A DNA stretch of 63,811 nucleotides, the filler included, from Dicyema japonicum (taxonomy: Eukaryota > Animalia > Dicyemida): the NCBI GenBank assembly GCA_011109175.1. It is 11 parts of 11 records of this genome, joined end to end, with 100 filler letters (N's around TTAATTAATTAA, not from the genome) between each part and the next. Parts side by side here need not be neighbours in the genome. Positions count along the whole stretch, not along the records: positions 39,291 to 41,212 come from RDEW01000188.1; positions 41,313 to 43,461 come from RDEW01000372.1; positions 43,562 to 46,933 come from RDEW01000148.1; positions 47,034 to 48,514 come from RDEW01000012.1; positions 48,615 to 50,751 come from RDEW01000373.1; positions 50,852 to 57,544 come from RDEW01000118.1; 5 more parts are not named here. One strand, given 5' to 3'. The stretch's first letter is position 1. Every line of letters begins with the position of its first letter. A model generated the notes under the pieces. It was not told the DNA's origin. It saw nothing but the letters and a program-made list of their open reading frames with translations, and made no database searches. A program made the translations under genes and the position numbers. This document shows positions 39,344 to 52,315 of the stretch, in pieces.

Positions 39344-39613
39344 GCCGAGTGACTTAGTGGTTAGGTGTCCGGCTTAAGCGGCTTTGGCTACGAGTTCGAA
39401 TCTCGCTGCTGTTCACCTGGTGGAAGGTTCCACGCATCTACGATTCAGAAATGGTTTGACGAGTGACGCCGTCATAAGTGAATACTCAATGCGGAACTGG
39501 ATTGTCTAGAAAGGACACTCACACAAGAAAAAGAAAACAAGAAGTGAAGATCATTCCTTGGTTCTACGATTAGTTAAAATATGGCTCTCGTGAAAAGGCT
39601 TTATTATTATTAC
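39344..39613 (+). mobile_element. tRNA-derived SINE (copy B), 3' part internally shortened
   Basis: Boxes A and B, shared core, (TTA)n tail. Flanked by the direct repeat AAAAATAAG (39336-39344 and 39614-39622). Confidence 0.85.
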
Positions 39614-40263
39614 AAAAATAAGATGATTCGACCTCTTCACAAGATCGGTCCCTTAGAAAATTCCCTTAGAAAATTACAATTCTAAAACAAGTTAAAAAAA
39701 GAGATTCACATAAAAATAAGATGATTCGACGTCTTCACAAGATTGGTCTCTTAGAAAATTAAAATTCTAAACAAGTTAAAAAAAGAGATTCACATAAAAA
39801 TAAGATGATTCGTCGTCTTCACAAGATCGGTCTCTTAGAAAATTAAAATTCTAAAACAAGTTAAAAAAAGAGATTCACATAAAAATAAGATGATTCGAAC
39901 TCTTCACAAGATCGGTCACTTAGAAAATTCCCTTAGAAAATTACAATTCTAAAAAGAGCTAAAATAGAGATTCACATAAAAATAAGATGATTCGACCTCT
40001 TCACAAGATTGGTCCCTTAGAAAATTCCCTCAGAAAATTACAATACAAAAAAGAGCTAAAATAGAGATTCACATAACAATAAGATGATTCGACCTCTTCA
40101 CAAGATTGGTCCCTTAGAAAATTCCCTTAGAAAATTACAATTCTAAAAAGAGCTAAAATAGAGATTCACATAAAAATAAGATGATTCGACCTCTTAAAAG
40201 ATCGGTCCCTTAAAAAATTAAAATTCTAAAACAAGTTAAAAAAAGAGATTCACATAAAAATAA

Positions 40264-40594
40264 GCCGGGTGACTTAGTGGTTAGGTGTCCGGCTTAAGCG
40301 GCTTTGGCTTTGGCTACGAGTTCGAATCTCGCTGCTGTTCACCTGATAAAATGTTCCACGCATCTACGATACAGAAATGGTTTGACGAGTGACGCCGTCA
40401 TCAGAGAATACTAACTGCGGAACTGGATTGTCTAGAAAGGACACTCACTCAAGAAAAAGAAAACAAGAAATGAAGATCATTCCTTGGTTGTACGATTAGT
40501 TAAAATTAACTGTTCTTTACTTAAATAAAGTGTGAGTCATGGGTATGAGGAGCTATAAAATATGGCTCTCGTGAAAAGGCTTTATTATTATTAT
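40264..40594 (+). mobile_element. tRNA-derived SINE (copy C), full length
   Basis: Same insertion context as copy B, 920 bp downstream. Ends GGCTCTCGTGAAAAGGCTTTATTATTATTAT. Confidence 0.85.
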
Positions 40595-41918
40595 AAAAAT
40601 AAGATGATTCGACCTCTTCACAAGATCGGTCCCTTAGAAAATTAAAATACTAAAACAAGTTAAAAAAAGAGATTCACATAAAAATAAGATGATTCGACCT
40701 CTTCACAAGATCGGTCCCTTAGAAAATTAAAATTCTAAAACAAGTTAAAAAAAGAGATTCACATAAAAATAAGATGATTCGACCTCTTCACAAGATCGGT
40801 CCCTTAGAAAATTCCCTTAGAAAATTACAATTCTAAAAAGAGCTAAAATAGAGATTCACATAATAATAAGATGATTCGACCTCTTCACAAGATTGGTCTC
40901 TTAGAAAATTAAAATTCTAAAACAAGTTAAAAAAAGAGATTCACATAAAAATAAGATGATTCGAACTCTTCACAAGATCGGTCCCTTAGAAAATTCCCTT
41001 AGAAAATTACAATTCTAAAAAGAGCTAAAATAGAGATTCACATAAAAATAAGATGATTCGACCTCTTCACAAAATTGGTCTCTTAGAAAATTAAAATTCT
41101 AAAACAAGTTAAAAAAAGAGATTCACATAAAAATAAGATGATTCGTACTCTTCACAAGATCGGTCCCTTAGAAAATTCCCTTAGAAAATTACAATTCTAA
41201 AAAGAGCTAAAANNNNNNNNNNNNNNNNNNNNNNNNNNNNNNNNNNNNNNNNNNNNTTAATTAATTAANNNNNNNNNNNNNNNNNNNNNNNNNNNNNNNN
41301 NNNNNNNNNNNNTAAACTTTATTTTTTAATAAAATATATAAAATATCATGATTCGTGTGGGCGATGTATGATATTAATTAATAATTTAGTTACCCATTTA
41401 CAACATATCTACTAACATAAGTGATATTCATTATGTAACTGTTTATGAGTTTGTGGAACGATTACTTAACAAATTAAGAACTAGAATGCAGCCGAGTATT
41501 AACGATAGTGTGGTTAATCTAATATAATATTCAGGGGTACTGTAACAACAAAAAAATAAAATTATCAGAATATTTGAAGGACTGTAAAGGTATTAGTGCA
41601 TTGAGAGTTGTGAGGATTACTTGAATATGTGCAAAGCAATGAATCTCTTAGTATAAAAACATCAGTCATTGCCACCTTTGGATTAACAGGATTTTTGATG
41701 TCTCTGAGAGGTTTAAATATACGTTTTTTGTTGGTGGTGTCAGCAGAAGAATGATTTACACGACTACTGGACTTATTTCTGGACTTGGTTTATGCTATCC
41801 TGACTATACACTATCGAGGACAAAATATATGGTAGATTCCATCGTGCAAGTACGTTTTTAGTATTTACTTAGAAAATGTAACTCATTATTATTAACAAAT
41901 AATATTAGTTAAACTATT

Positions 41919-43402
41919 TTATGTTGGCATAGTATACCTTCTCAATCTAGCTGCACAAATTAATCGATTCTCTGGGTAGGGATCCGGTGGAGGTAGAGGA
42001 TTCACAAACATGTTAACATCCTTAAGAGTCTCCTGCAAATTGACAGCACTCGTTTCCAAAGCAGAATCCGGAACTTGCTCAATTTTTGTAGACAAATTCT
42101 TCTTCATGAAAGTCTCGTGCGTACTACCACATGACATTGGAGTCCGTCTTAGACAGGGAGATGAACACCTTCTCAGTCGTGGCCTTTCATCAATTGACGG
42201 AATGTTGGTCACGTTCGTGTACTGTGACATGCAACTTAAGACAAGGGACATCCTGCATGGTAGACTATCATTGGTAATTGACTAGGAGTTACTAACCACT
42301 ATACTTTATCACACTCCTTACTGTCCCCCAGACAATCACTAAAGATGAATCTATCCCGTACCAGTTAATGGATGAACTAGAAGACACATTTCCTTGAAAG
42401 TTCCACCCATTCAGTATGGTTTCCTCGACCTGGAGTTTTGCAAGTCCATCGATTATTATTTCCTGAAGAAACCCATAGTTTGGTTCATCAGAGTACTTTA
42501 GAGTGGAAATGTGCTCCACAAACCGACGACACGTGACTGGTAGATGAGCAAGCTGGAGTAAGGTTAAATATTTACATTCTGGTTGAATTCCTCCTTGATC
42601 TTTCCGACCTGCTCTTTCTCCCTCATTTTGTGCCAAGGAAGAGTTCCCGTGATAAATTCCACGATGACGTAAAAAAGTGACCATAAGTCATCCCTTCTGC
42701 CGGTGTCCTGAAAATCTTATAAGTGACCTCACTTTGTTTTTATGAGAATTGACTGAGGCGTACCTCACTGTACCTCTGAATGGGGCTGAAACCCGTTCGT
42801 TTTTATGCTTATTGGTTTTGTCCGATAGAAACTGCCTGCTCAACCCAAAGTCGATAATAAACAGATTGCTCCCTTTTCTATTGATAGGTCCCCCATTTCC
42901 CAATACAAAGTTCCCCTTTGGTTAATTGTTAGAACTACTGGTTTGACGTCTCTGTGTAGAAATCCATTCTTGTGGAGTTTTTCTATTGCCTCCAGCATCT
43001 GTAATGCCAGGCGTAACGTGATCCCAAGGGAGAAGACACCTCCTTCACTCTGTTTTCTTAGCTCACTTAGGCTCTTGCCTTGTAACTCCATAGCTATAAA
43101 GTTAAATTTTTCTGTTTTTCCATATTCGTATAGTTTGCACACGTGTTTTTGTCCTTAAGTAAATCAAAGTTATGCCTTGTAGTCTCCTTAAAATATACGC
43201 TTCCAGTTTGATGACCTGGCGTTGTCTCAGTCGAGATTCAACCTTTATTGCGACGTCTTGTCCAGACTTTGTGTCAAAGGCAGAAAAGACTTCCCCGAAG
43301 CCACCTTTAGAGATTTTGTATTTCTTTTAGTTATATCTCAAGTCCTACTATTTTGTAACGATTTTCGACAACGTCCCCGTGAGATAATATAGACTTATCC
43401 AT
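41919..43402 (-). CDS. TTBK: Tau-tubulin kinase (CK1 superfamily), multi-exon
   Basis: Spliced motifs KGGFGEVF, VAIKVES, LQGQKHVC, AMELQGKSLSELR, LHRDVKP, IIDFGLSRQ, FRGTVRYASVN, GRRDDLWSLFY. Introns 22-25 nt, including one GC-AG. Confidence 0.9.
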
Positions 43403-43561
43403 TATGGCAGAATTACATGAATTAATCGGTTACTCCTGACGATTTAATTTATTATTATTATNNNNNNNNNNNNNNNNNNNNNNNNNNNNNNNNNNNNNNN
43501 NNNNNTTAATTAATTAANNNNNNNNNNNNNNNNNNNNNNNNNNNNNNNNNNNNNNNNNNNN

Positions 43562-43914
43562 TGTCGTTATCTCTCAGGGTCGCGGGTTCGAGTCTCAGCG
43601 GCTGCCTGTGCTGGAAGCTCCGTTCGGGTTTGACGAGTAACGGCCGTCATGGACATCTCATCATACACGGACTCCGCATGGAACGGATCTCCGGATGGGA
43701 TGTCGAGCTTCCTACCGTTTTGAACAGCCGCACTACAACAAAAAGAAAAACTTAAGACAAGAGAAACTAAAAGGACCTCCTTATTCGGATTTAATTAGAA
43801 TACTTAACTCTCTTGTTCTCTCTCTTGCTCTTAAAAAGAATTGTGTGGCTTGCACGAGCGAAACCCTAGGCACTTAGGTGCTTATGGCAACGCGGTAGTA
43901 CTCTTTACTTACTT
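43562..43914 (+). mobile_element. Divergent tRNA-derived SINE (copy E), 5' cut by gap, TTAC-type tail
   Basis: Box B GGTTCGAGTCT, core TTTGACGAGTAACGGCCGTCAT, A-rich linker, ending CTTTACTTACTT. Confidence 0.7.
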
Positions 43915-44669
43915 AAATAAGAGAATTTGTTAAAAACCACAAATACCATGATTTGTTGAGCAGTAAATGATGTCTTTCTGTTTAATAAAATGTCTTCATT
44001 ATGCCTAAACAGTACTCACCTCACTCTCGCATCGTTTAACGTCGAGATGCTACAAAATTGAGATTTTCTGTTTTCATGAAAAAAAGATTTCTTCTGGTTA
44101 TGACGGTACTTTCACAAACTACGGAACAATCATGCTACTGTCGCAAAACCAGCACTTTGGTTTTGCTATCAACTTATCTTTGATTGGTCATTTACAAAGA
44201 GTATTGGCAAAATTTGACCACCATGACGATTTTCGAATGCGAGCCAGGTCCTGAAAATTGGTTACAACGAGGATCCTCGATGCATGGCTCAATTTAAGCT
44301 CAACACAATTTGAACAAGACGCTTGAGCTTTTAACTAAATTCTGGTGAGGCACTACATCAGTGTGGTCATCACACTCCAAGTCTACCATTTTTAATTATC
44401 AGGAAAGAAAAATAAAAAATGGAAGTTACATAGGAAATTCTCCAGGAAATATACTTTAAATTTAATATTAATCTAATTGCTCCTCAGATTTAGTCTTTGT
44501 TTGAGAATTAGTTTAAGTATTAATGATTATTTTAAATAAGGATTATAATAAAATCAATTATTTTTAATTGTAGTTATAATACTTTTATTTCGAATAAATG
44601 CGCTTTCTTGTTGTTGCTTGTTTGTGATTGCTTGTTTATACACGATTAATTTATTTATATTATTTGCAA

Positions 44670-45760
<1,091 letters not shown>

Positions 45761-45832
45761 TTTTATTTCTGATGAATACATTAAATTTGTTTATATTTTG
45801 GAACGAGGGGAAATCAGAATCTGTCACAATCT

Positions 45833-46368
45833 TTGTTGTTGTTGCATAACCCCGGTCTCACATCAGGGTATGAGACCAGCGGCTAGCAGAAACACCAGTG
45901 CTTTCCCGGGTTGCTCCCAAAGGACCTCGGGGGAGTGAACAGCAAGTTTTCTGCGGATAGGGAGGAGACCAGGGCAGCGGAAAAGGTGATCGTCAACACA
46001 GCAGAGGATACATAAAAGAGAGACCGCGTTGTTCATTGAATGAGCGTAGAAGTTTAGTGAGAAATGATGGCCCGAGCGGAAACGAGCAAGGTTGATTTGA
46101 GCGGAACGCTCCAGAAGCATTTCGGAGGGTGAACTTCCGGTGGAAGTTTGTTGAGGACGGAGTTAGGCGTCAGCCTTAGAATAGACGACGTTGAAATAAA
46201 ATCGTGGATTTTTTTCATTGGCTGTGAACATTGGTTTAGGCCATTGATTTTGGCAAGGACCCGGGAGTATAGTTTAGCAGGCGTGTTCTTCAGTGCACGG
46301 CCGTTGTCATTCAGCGTGTTTAGGTCAGTGCAAGGGTGGTAGGATTTACGCGAAACGAATAGGAATCC
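45833..46368 (-). mobile_element. Ingi/Vingi-like LINE 3' fragment with (CAA)n tail
   Basis: LARFRSGHHFSLN and C..C...DHLFRCP C-terminal knuckle, then CAACAACAACAA. Confidence 0.7.
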
Positions 46369-46369
46369 G

Positions 46370-46717
46370 GCCGGGGTGGCACAGTGGTTAGGGCTTGGGC
46401 CATAGTGACTAAGGTCGCGGGTTCGAGTCTGGCCCTGTTCATCTGGCGGAAGGTTCCACGCATCTACGATGCCTAATGGCTTGACGAGTGACGCCGTCAT
46501 CAGTGAATACTCACTGCGGAACTGGAGCGTCTACCTTGGACCCACACAAGAAAAAAAAAGTGAAGATCTTTGGCCCTCCCTACGACTTGCCCTATCTACG
46601 ATTGGCCCTACCTACGATTAATTAAAAAATTAACTCTTTCACTTAAAATAAAGTGTGTGTCCTGCCTGTGCGGAGTTATAGAATGCTATCCTCTGCGGGA
46701 AAGGATATAATAATAAT
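46370..46717 (+). mobile_element. tRNA-derived SINE (copy D) with a tRNA-Met-like head
   Basis: Head TGGCACAGTGG..TTGGGCCCATAG..GGTTCGAGTCT, the same core as A-C, three ~16 bp internal tandem repeats (46571-46619), terminal hairpin TATCCT/AGGATA and a (TAA)n tail. Confidence 0.85.
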
Positions 46718-47039
46718 TTCCGGTTGAGTTAGTTACGCAACTCTATTGCACAAAGTCTTAATCACATTTGAGGCTACAAAGAGATTTTACTTTGCTATCG
46801 TCCAATGTCAGAGGTCTATCTGACCTATCCAAGCGAAAAATCATATGCCGGGATCTGAATGCATATGGTGCAACTATTGGATCAAGAAGGAAAATTTGAA
46901 ATACGTGGAAACTTTAAGCGTTCCGAAGACGTCNNNNNNNNNNNNNNNNNNNNNNNNNNNNNNNNNNNNNNNNNNNNTTAATTAATTAANNNNNNNNNNN
47001 NNNNNNNNNNNNNNNNNNNNNNNNNNNNNNNNNTTTCTC

Positions 47040-48420
47040 TCCGCTGTTGAATCCAAGTTTTATTTGTACTAACAACAGGAATTCACTGGCTTAGTGGTCC
47101 AGTCTGCCGAAAAAAACCTCTAAAGTTTTGTGAACCCCTGCTTTTTGCATGTTTGTCATTGTGGCACAAAGTGAAGGGTTGATGAGATGATTTGACTGAC
47201 TGAGTTTATGATAGTGAGTATGTCTGCTAGAATGACCCTTTGACCTTAAGAAAGGGAGTTTGAATTGTGGAGAGAAAATTTGTTGAGTTGGTTGACTGAT
47301 ATTAGCTAATTCAGTGCATTTTTATTTTATAAACAAATCTGCAAATCCTGCGAAAACCCTCAATGAATTTGACAATCATGAATCGACTGTGACGAAGTCT
47401 GACGAAATGTGAGTTTTTTCAATTCCTTTTCCAAGAAATAGTAGATCTGTACAAGGAAGTTGAAATATTTGAAGTCCTACCTGACCGTGTTGAGGGAAAA
47501 AACTAACTCCTGTTGCTAACATTCCTATGTGGATTTTTGATTGAAGGACCTCCAATGCTTAGCCGACACTCAAAAGGATTCATTTTTTTCTCCTGTCGGG
47601 AGACTATTTTGCGCTCTGCTTCGACCTCAGCTTTCCGGAAAATATTTTCTGGATCACTGTTCTTGGATGAGGTTCTACTGGTTTTACCTTTGGTCTTTGG
47701 AATAATTTAACTTCAAGGTCAAGATTGTGATATTTTCCTAGATTACTATCCTTGATGGCCATTGACAACTGACCAACTCTGAAAAAAACGGTCTCTTGTC
47801 TAATAAAGTGCAGAAGCTTAGTGAGGTTTCTACTGCTCAACCCTGGGAACTTACTACTAACGGAAACTTGATGGCGGGTTTTGAAAGAATTAGAGCCATT
47901 TNTCAAGATTGTGATTTTTTCCTAGATTACTATCCTTGATGGCCATTGACAACTGACCAACTCTGAAAAAATGGTCTCTTGTCTAATAAAGTGGAGAAGC
48001 TTAGTGAGGTTGTCTACTGCTCAACCCTAGGAACTTACTACTAACGGAAACTTGATGGCGGGTTTTGGAAGAATTAGAGCCATTTGAGGACAAATTTTTG
48101 TCGATCAGACCTTGAATGAAGAAGGGTACCAAATGTATGTGAATGGTAGGAAATAAGCAACAAGTGGGGATATTTGGTAAATCTGTAAAAATCTGTGAGG
48201 ATTTAAGGGACAATCTGTAAATAATCCATAATATCTTTAGGTTTGGAGTTTTTAGTATTAGTAGACTCGTCGATAATTTATTTACTCCTGGTCCCTTCAA
48301 GTGAAGGAATTGGTGGATGACACAAGCGTAACTATCAATGAAGGACGTTAGATCCAAACTGTTGATCCTGTAGGGAGGAGAAACACAAGGCGGTCCCGTG
48401 GTCATCAAATGAAAATGGAG
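47040..48420 (-). mobile_element. Decayed CR1/L2-type LINE remnant with a local duplication at N47902
   Basis: Degenerate RT-like order on the minus strand. Shares a block with 37950-37980. Confidence 0.35.
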
Positions 48421-49114
48421 GGGAAAGTGACTACTTAGCTTTCCCAGCCTTGTCCAGCATTTATACCCACGTGGTTACCGATACGAAGGAGGGCCAGGTT
48501 TATCAAAATATCACNNNNNNNNNNNNNNNNNNNNNNNNNNNNNNNNNNNNNNNNNNNNTTAATTAATTAANNNNNNNNNNNNNNNNNNNNNNNNNNNNNN
48601 NNNNNNNNNNNNNNTCCCATCATTCTTAAGAAATGAATAAACCAGCAACATTACAAAAAAACTTTAAGAAGAATCATGTTGCAATCTTTCAAACTAGTAA
48701 CATGATACTTGAAACAAATGACTCAGTTATTCGCATAATAATATTAGTCAGCTCGACGTGAAAATATACTTTCACTATAAATTGACGATCAATGATAAAA
48801 ANGCTTTAAGAAGAATCATGTTGCAATCTCATAAACTAGTAACATGATACTTGAAAAAAATGACTCAGTTATTCGCATAATAATATTAGTCAGCTCGACG
48901 TGAAAATATACTTTCACTATAAATTGACGATCAATGATAAAAAACCAGAATGGTAGAGTTTATTCATTCTCAGTTTTATTACAGACATAAATGTTCTAAA
49001 ATGTTTAAAAAACGGGATTCCAATCAACATCGGGAAAAATCAAACTTTAATTTTAAAACTATTAAAAAATACATTTTGTCTATTTTTTGTCCATTCGGAT
49101 TGGCAGCAGAGCGA

Positions 49115-50575
49115 ATGTCTGCGCCAGACACTCCAGTATCACCAATCAGTGAACTGGCGAAAGAACTTGAAAATTTCAAAAAAATTAAAACACTCGGAAT
49201 GGGAGGCTATGGGACAGTTAATTGCCGAATTTCTAATAATAGGTTTTTTTGGCAAAAAACAAAATTGACGGAAAACCATACGCAGTTAAAGTTATAGAGA
49301 ACATCTGTATATTAAAAGATATTTCAAAAATGATAAAAAACGAGATTGAAGTGTTGGAACTTGCCTCTCAATTAAATAGTCGTTTCATCGTGCAGATTCA
49401 TTCATTTTTCTGTATTGAGGTTGCCTTCATCACAAAATATCTTAGGACCATTTTGATATTTCAAAAATGATAAAAAACGAGATTGAAGTGTTGGAACTTG
49501 CCTCTCAATTAAATAGTCGTTTCATCGTGCAGATTCATTCATTTTTCTGTATTGAGGTTGCCTTCATCACAAAATATCTTAAAACCATTTTTGTCTTATT
49601 TTGGAATACGCAGCAGGGGGAGATTTGTTTGACAGACTATCTCGGGGTTTTCTCTCAGCCAGGANTTAGGACCATTTCCTTCTTATTTTCGAATACGCTG
49701 CAGGGGGAGATTTGTCTGACAGACTATCTCGGGGTTTTCTCTCAGCCAGGAAGACGAAATTCTACGCAGCCTGTATCACATTGGGGCTTGAATTTTTACA
49801 TAAAAATGACATTATTTATTGGTAGGGTATGTATTTGATGCCAATAGTGATTTAAAATTGGAGAATGTGTTAATTGGCGCTGATGGGTACGCCAAGCTTG
49901 CTGATTTTGGAATGTCTGAAACGAACATTGGTCGTGACGACCAAGTTTTGGGTATATGCGGGACTCCGTCCTATCAATCCCCGGAAATGTTTTTGGAAGG
50001 GTCTTTTTCCAGAACTGCAGACGGGTAGATGTTTGAAATACTTGTATATTCTATGATTTATAACATGTTTGTTATTTTCTAATTATTTTAGTTCCCATTT
50101 CGGTCTTCATTTGTTGATATAATCGAGTCAGAACTTACATTTCAGGTAAAGATTANGACTCCGTCCTATCACTCCCCGGAAATGTTTTTGGAAGGGTCTT
50201 TTTCCAGAACTGCTGACTGGTGGATGTTTGGAGTACTTTTATATGTTATGATTTTTAACATGGTTGTTGTATTCTAATCATTTTAGTTTCCATTTCGGGG
50301 TTCATTTGTTGATATTATAGAATCAGAACTTACATTTCCGGTAAAGATTAATCGAATTTCTCAGGATTTTCTTGAAAATGTTTCTGACTTGGTAACTCTG
50401 GAATTTTAGCTTTTGAAAAAGAATCCGAATGAGCGCCTTGGGAGTTCTGTGGAGGAGAGCAGGGATATTATTGAGCATCCTTTTTTTAATGTACTAATTA
50501 ATATATCAATTAAAAATTTAGAATCTGAATTTTGATTCCGTTAGAAACAAAACAATTAATCCAAATAAACTATAA
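49115..50575 (+). CDS. AGC-family kinase (PKC/PKN-like); exons duplicated by assembly joins
   Basis: GMGGYG, YAVK, EYAAGGDL, DLKLEN, ADFG, ICGTPSYQSPE, ADWWMFG, KNPNERLG. Short introns. Three internal duplications near N49664 and N50156. Confidence 0.8.
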
Positions 50576-50851
50576 ATTTGATTTGTCACTTTATCCTGTC
50601 AAAAATAAAAACTATCTCTTCAATGCCAAAAGTGTTTTGTTTTTAGAGGTAAAATGCATATATTGATCGAGTGCACTTTTGGGAACAAAATTTTCAGTAT
50701 CCAAGAGGCTTTGACGACACCTGATACAAAAAGTCTCGTTGGCCATAGTCANNNNNNNNNNNNNNNNNNNNNNNNNNNNNNNNNNNNNNNNNNNNTTAAT
50801 TAATTAANNNNNNNNNNNNNNNNNNNNNNNNNNNNNNNNNNNNNNNNNNNN

Positions 50852-52292
50852 AACTGCTCGACTAATGCGGTGGGTATTGTGATGTGAGGGAGGTTGTCAT
50901 TGAGGGGGAGCTTGGCCTTTCGTGTTCTAGAGTTTTTTGTCTGTTGAATCTGGCTAATTTTTGCATAGTGACTCATTAGTATGTTGGCCTGAGCCTGGAT
51001 GGACATTGGTAAGAGTTTTTTCGATAGACACGTCTCATGAGATTCGTCTGATTTTGAGAGAGCAATTCCCCGGAGTGTTCTCCAGAATTGATTTGGTTTT
51101 GTCCTTGAGTCAATAGACGAGATGAAAGAGTTCCATTTGACAGTTTTCTGATATGAAATGAGCTTGCTAATTGTATTGTTCAAACGGGTGAGATCTTCTT
51201 GATAGGTCACATCTGATGTTTTCGTTCTTTTGAGTTCACGTCTTTTATGAATGAGATCGATGATCTCTCTTGTGAATACAGGAGAGAAGTCCTTAATGAT
51301 CCCTCGAGGAATACATTTCTTATCTGCTGTTTTGATGCAAGTGTTAAAAAATTCAACAGCAGATTCCAATGACTTAAACGAGGAGGCATCGAAGTTTTTG
51401 AAGGATTGTTCCGTTAGTAGGTGATACTCATCCCATCTGCCATGCCTGTAATTGATAAATGTCTTCTTTTTTATATCCCGTTGTGATTGTAGTTCGATTT
51501 CAATCAGAATGGGGTTGTGATCAGATGGGAGGTCATATACGACCTTCCAGGAGGTCCTGACAGAGATATATGGACAGCACAAGGTAAGGTCGGAGGAGGT
51601 GTTTGTGTCACCAGGCCGACTCCCATTTCGTGTATAGTAGCGAGGATTGTTCATTATGACTAGGTCCTCCAGATCAGAAATTACTTGGTCGCCTCTTTGA
51701 TCCTTAGGTTGGTTAGAGAGCCATAGTGGATTCTTTGCATTGAGATCACCACAAATAATGGGGTTTTTTATTGCTAGCAGTCCGGATAGGTTGGGACGAT
51801 ACCCAATTTTGCAGCAAGAGGAAGGAGTGATGTATATGTTCACCAGTGTGTACGGAGAACCGTTAATATCCACTATGATTGATGTAAGTTCAATGTGCAT
51901 GTCTTGGTTTAGTAGGGAACGAGTATCAGCTGTTGAGTCCGTGAACGGAATTGAGTTTTTGACAAAAGTGAGGACGCCTCCGCCACCACTGCCATCAGGT
52001 CGATCAGCTCTAACAGTCGAGTATCCTCTGATTTTGGGAGAGTCAATGAGGGGAGTTAGCCTCGTCTCCTGTATAAGTGCAATGTCAATCCGATTTGCGG
52101 ACATGAAGAAGGAAAGTTGTGTGATTTTGCGATAGAGACCATTAATGTTCAGTTGCATGATGGTAAGGAAATGTCCATGACCCTTTGGTCCCGGATTTGA
52201 TTCAATGTCGCCAGAGAGCAGAAGCAACGGGTGGGAGCGACGGCTTTGTGCCCGCTCAATAGCCGCCAAGAGCGAGTGAGATGACCAACTCG
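50852..52292 (-). mobile_element. Ingi/Vingi-like LINE 5' part: 2A-like peptide plus intact APE endonuclease ORF
   Basis: LLLLSGDIESNPGP, then QLNING, IALIQET, GGGGVL, CGDLNA, SSDLT, SDHNP. Open for about 480 codons up to the contig gap. Confidence 0.9.
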
Positions 52293-52315
52293 NATTGTCA
52301 TTAATTATATTTAAC

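Larger units (their letters stand above)
39291..41212. repeat. Tandem satellite of alternating 85 and 97 bp monomers containing two SINE copies; fills a whole contig
   Basis: Anchor GATGATTCG recurs at 40603, 40688, 40773, 40870, 40955, 41052 and 41137 (spacings 85, 85, 97, 85, 97, 85). Confidence 0.95.

Noticed and set aside
39291-41212. CRISPR array
   Set aside because: The intervals between repeats are themselves repeated rather than unique spacers, there are no cas genes, and the context is eukaryotic.
46455-46530. Hammerhead ribozyme in the SINE core (UUGACGAG...CGGAAC)
   Set aside because: It resembles CUGANGA/GAAAC but has an extra nucleotide before the core and GGAA for GAAA. Copy E supports a different pairing (UGACG/CGUCA) that sequesters the putative core.
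52225-52292. HDV-like ribozyme at the 5' end of the Ingi-like element
   Set aside because: It is expected from L1Tc/Ingi biology, but the 5' end is cut at N52293 and I could not fold a nested double pseudoknot from what remains.
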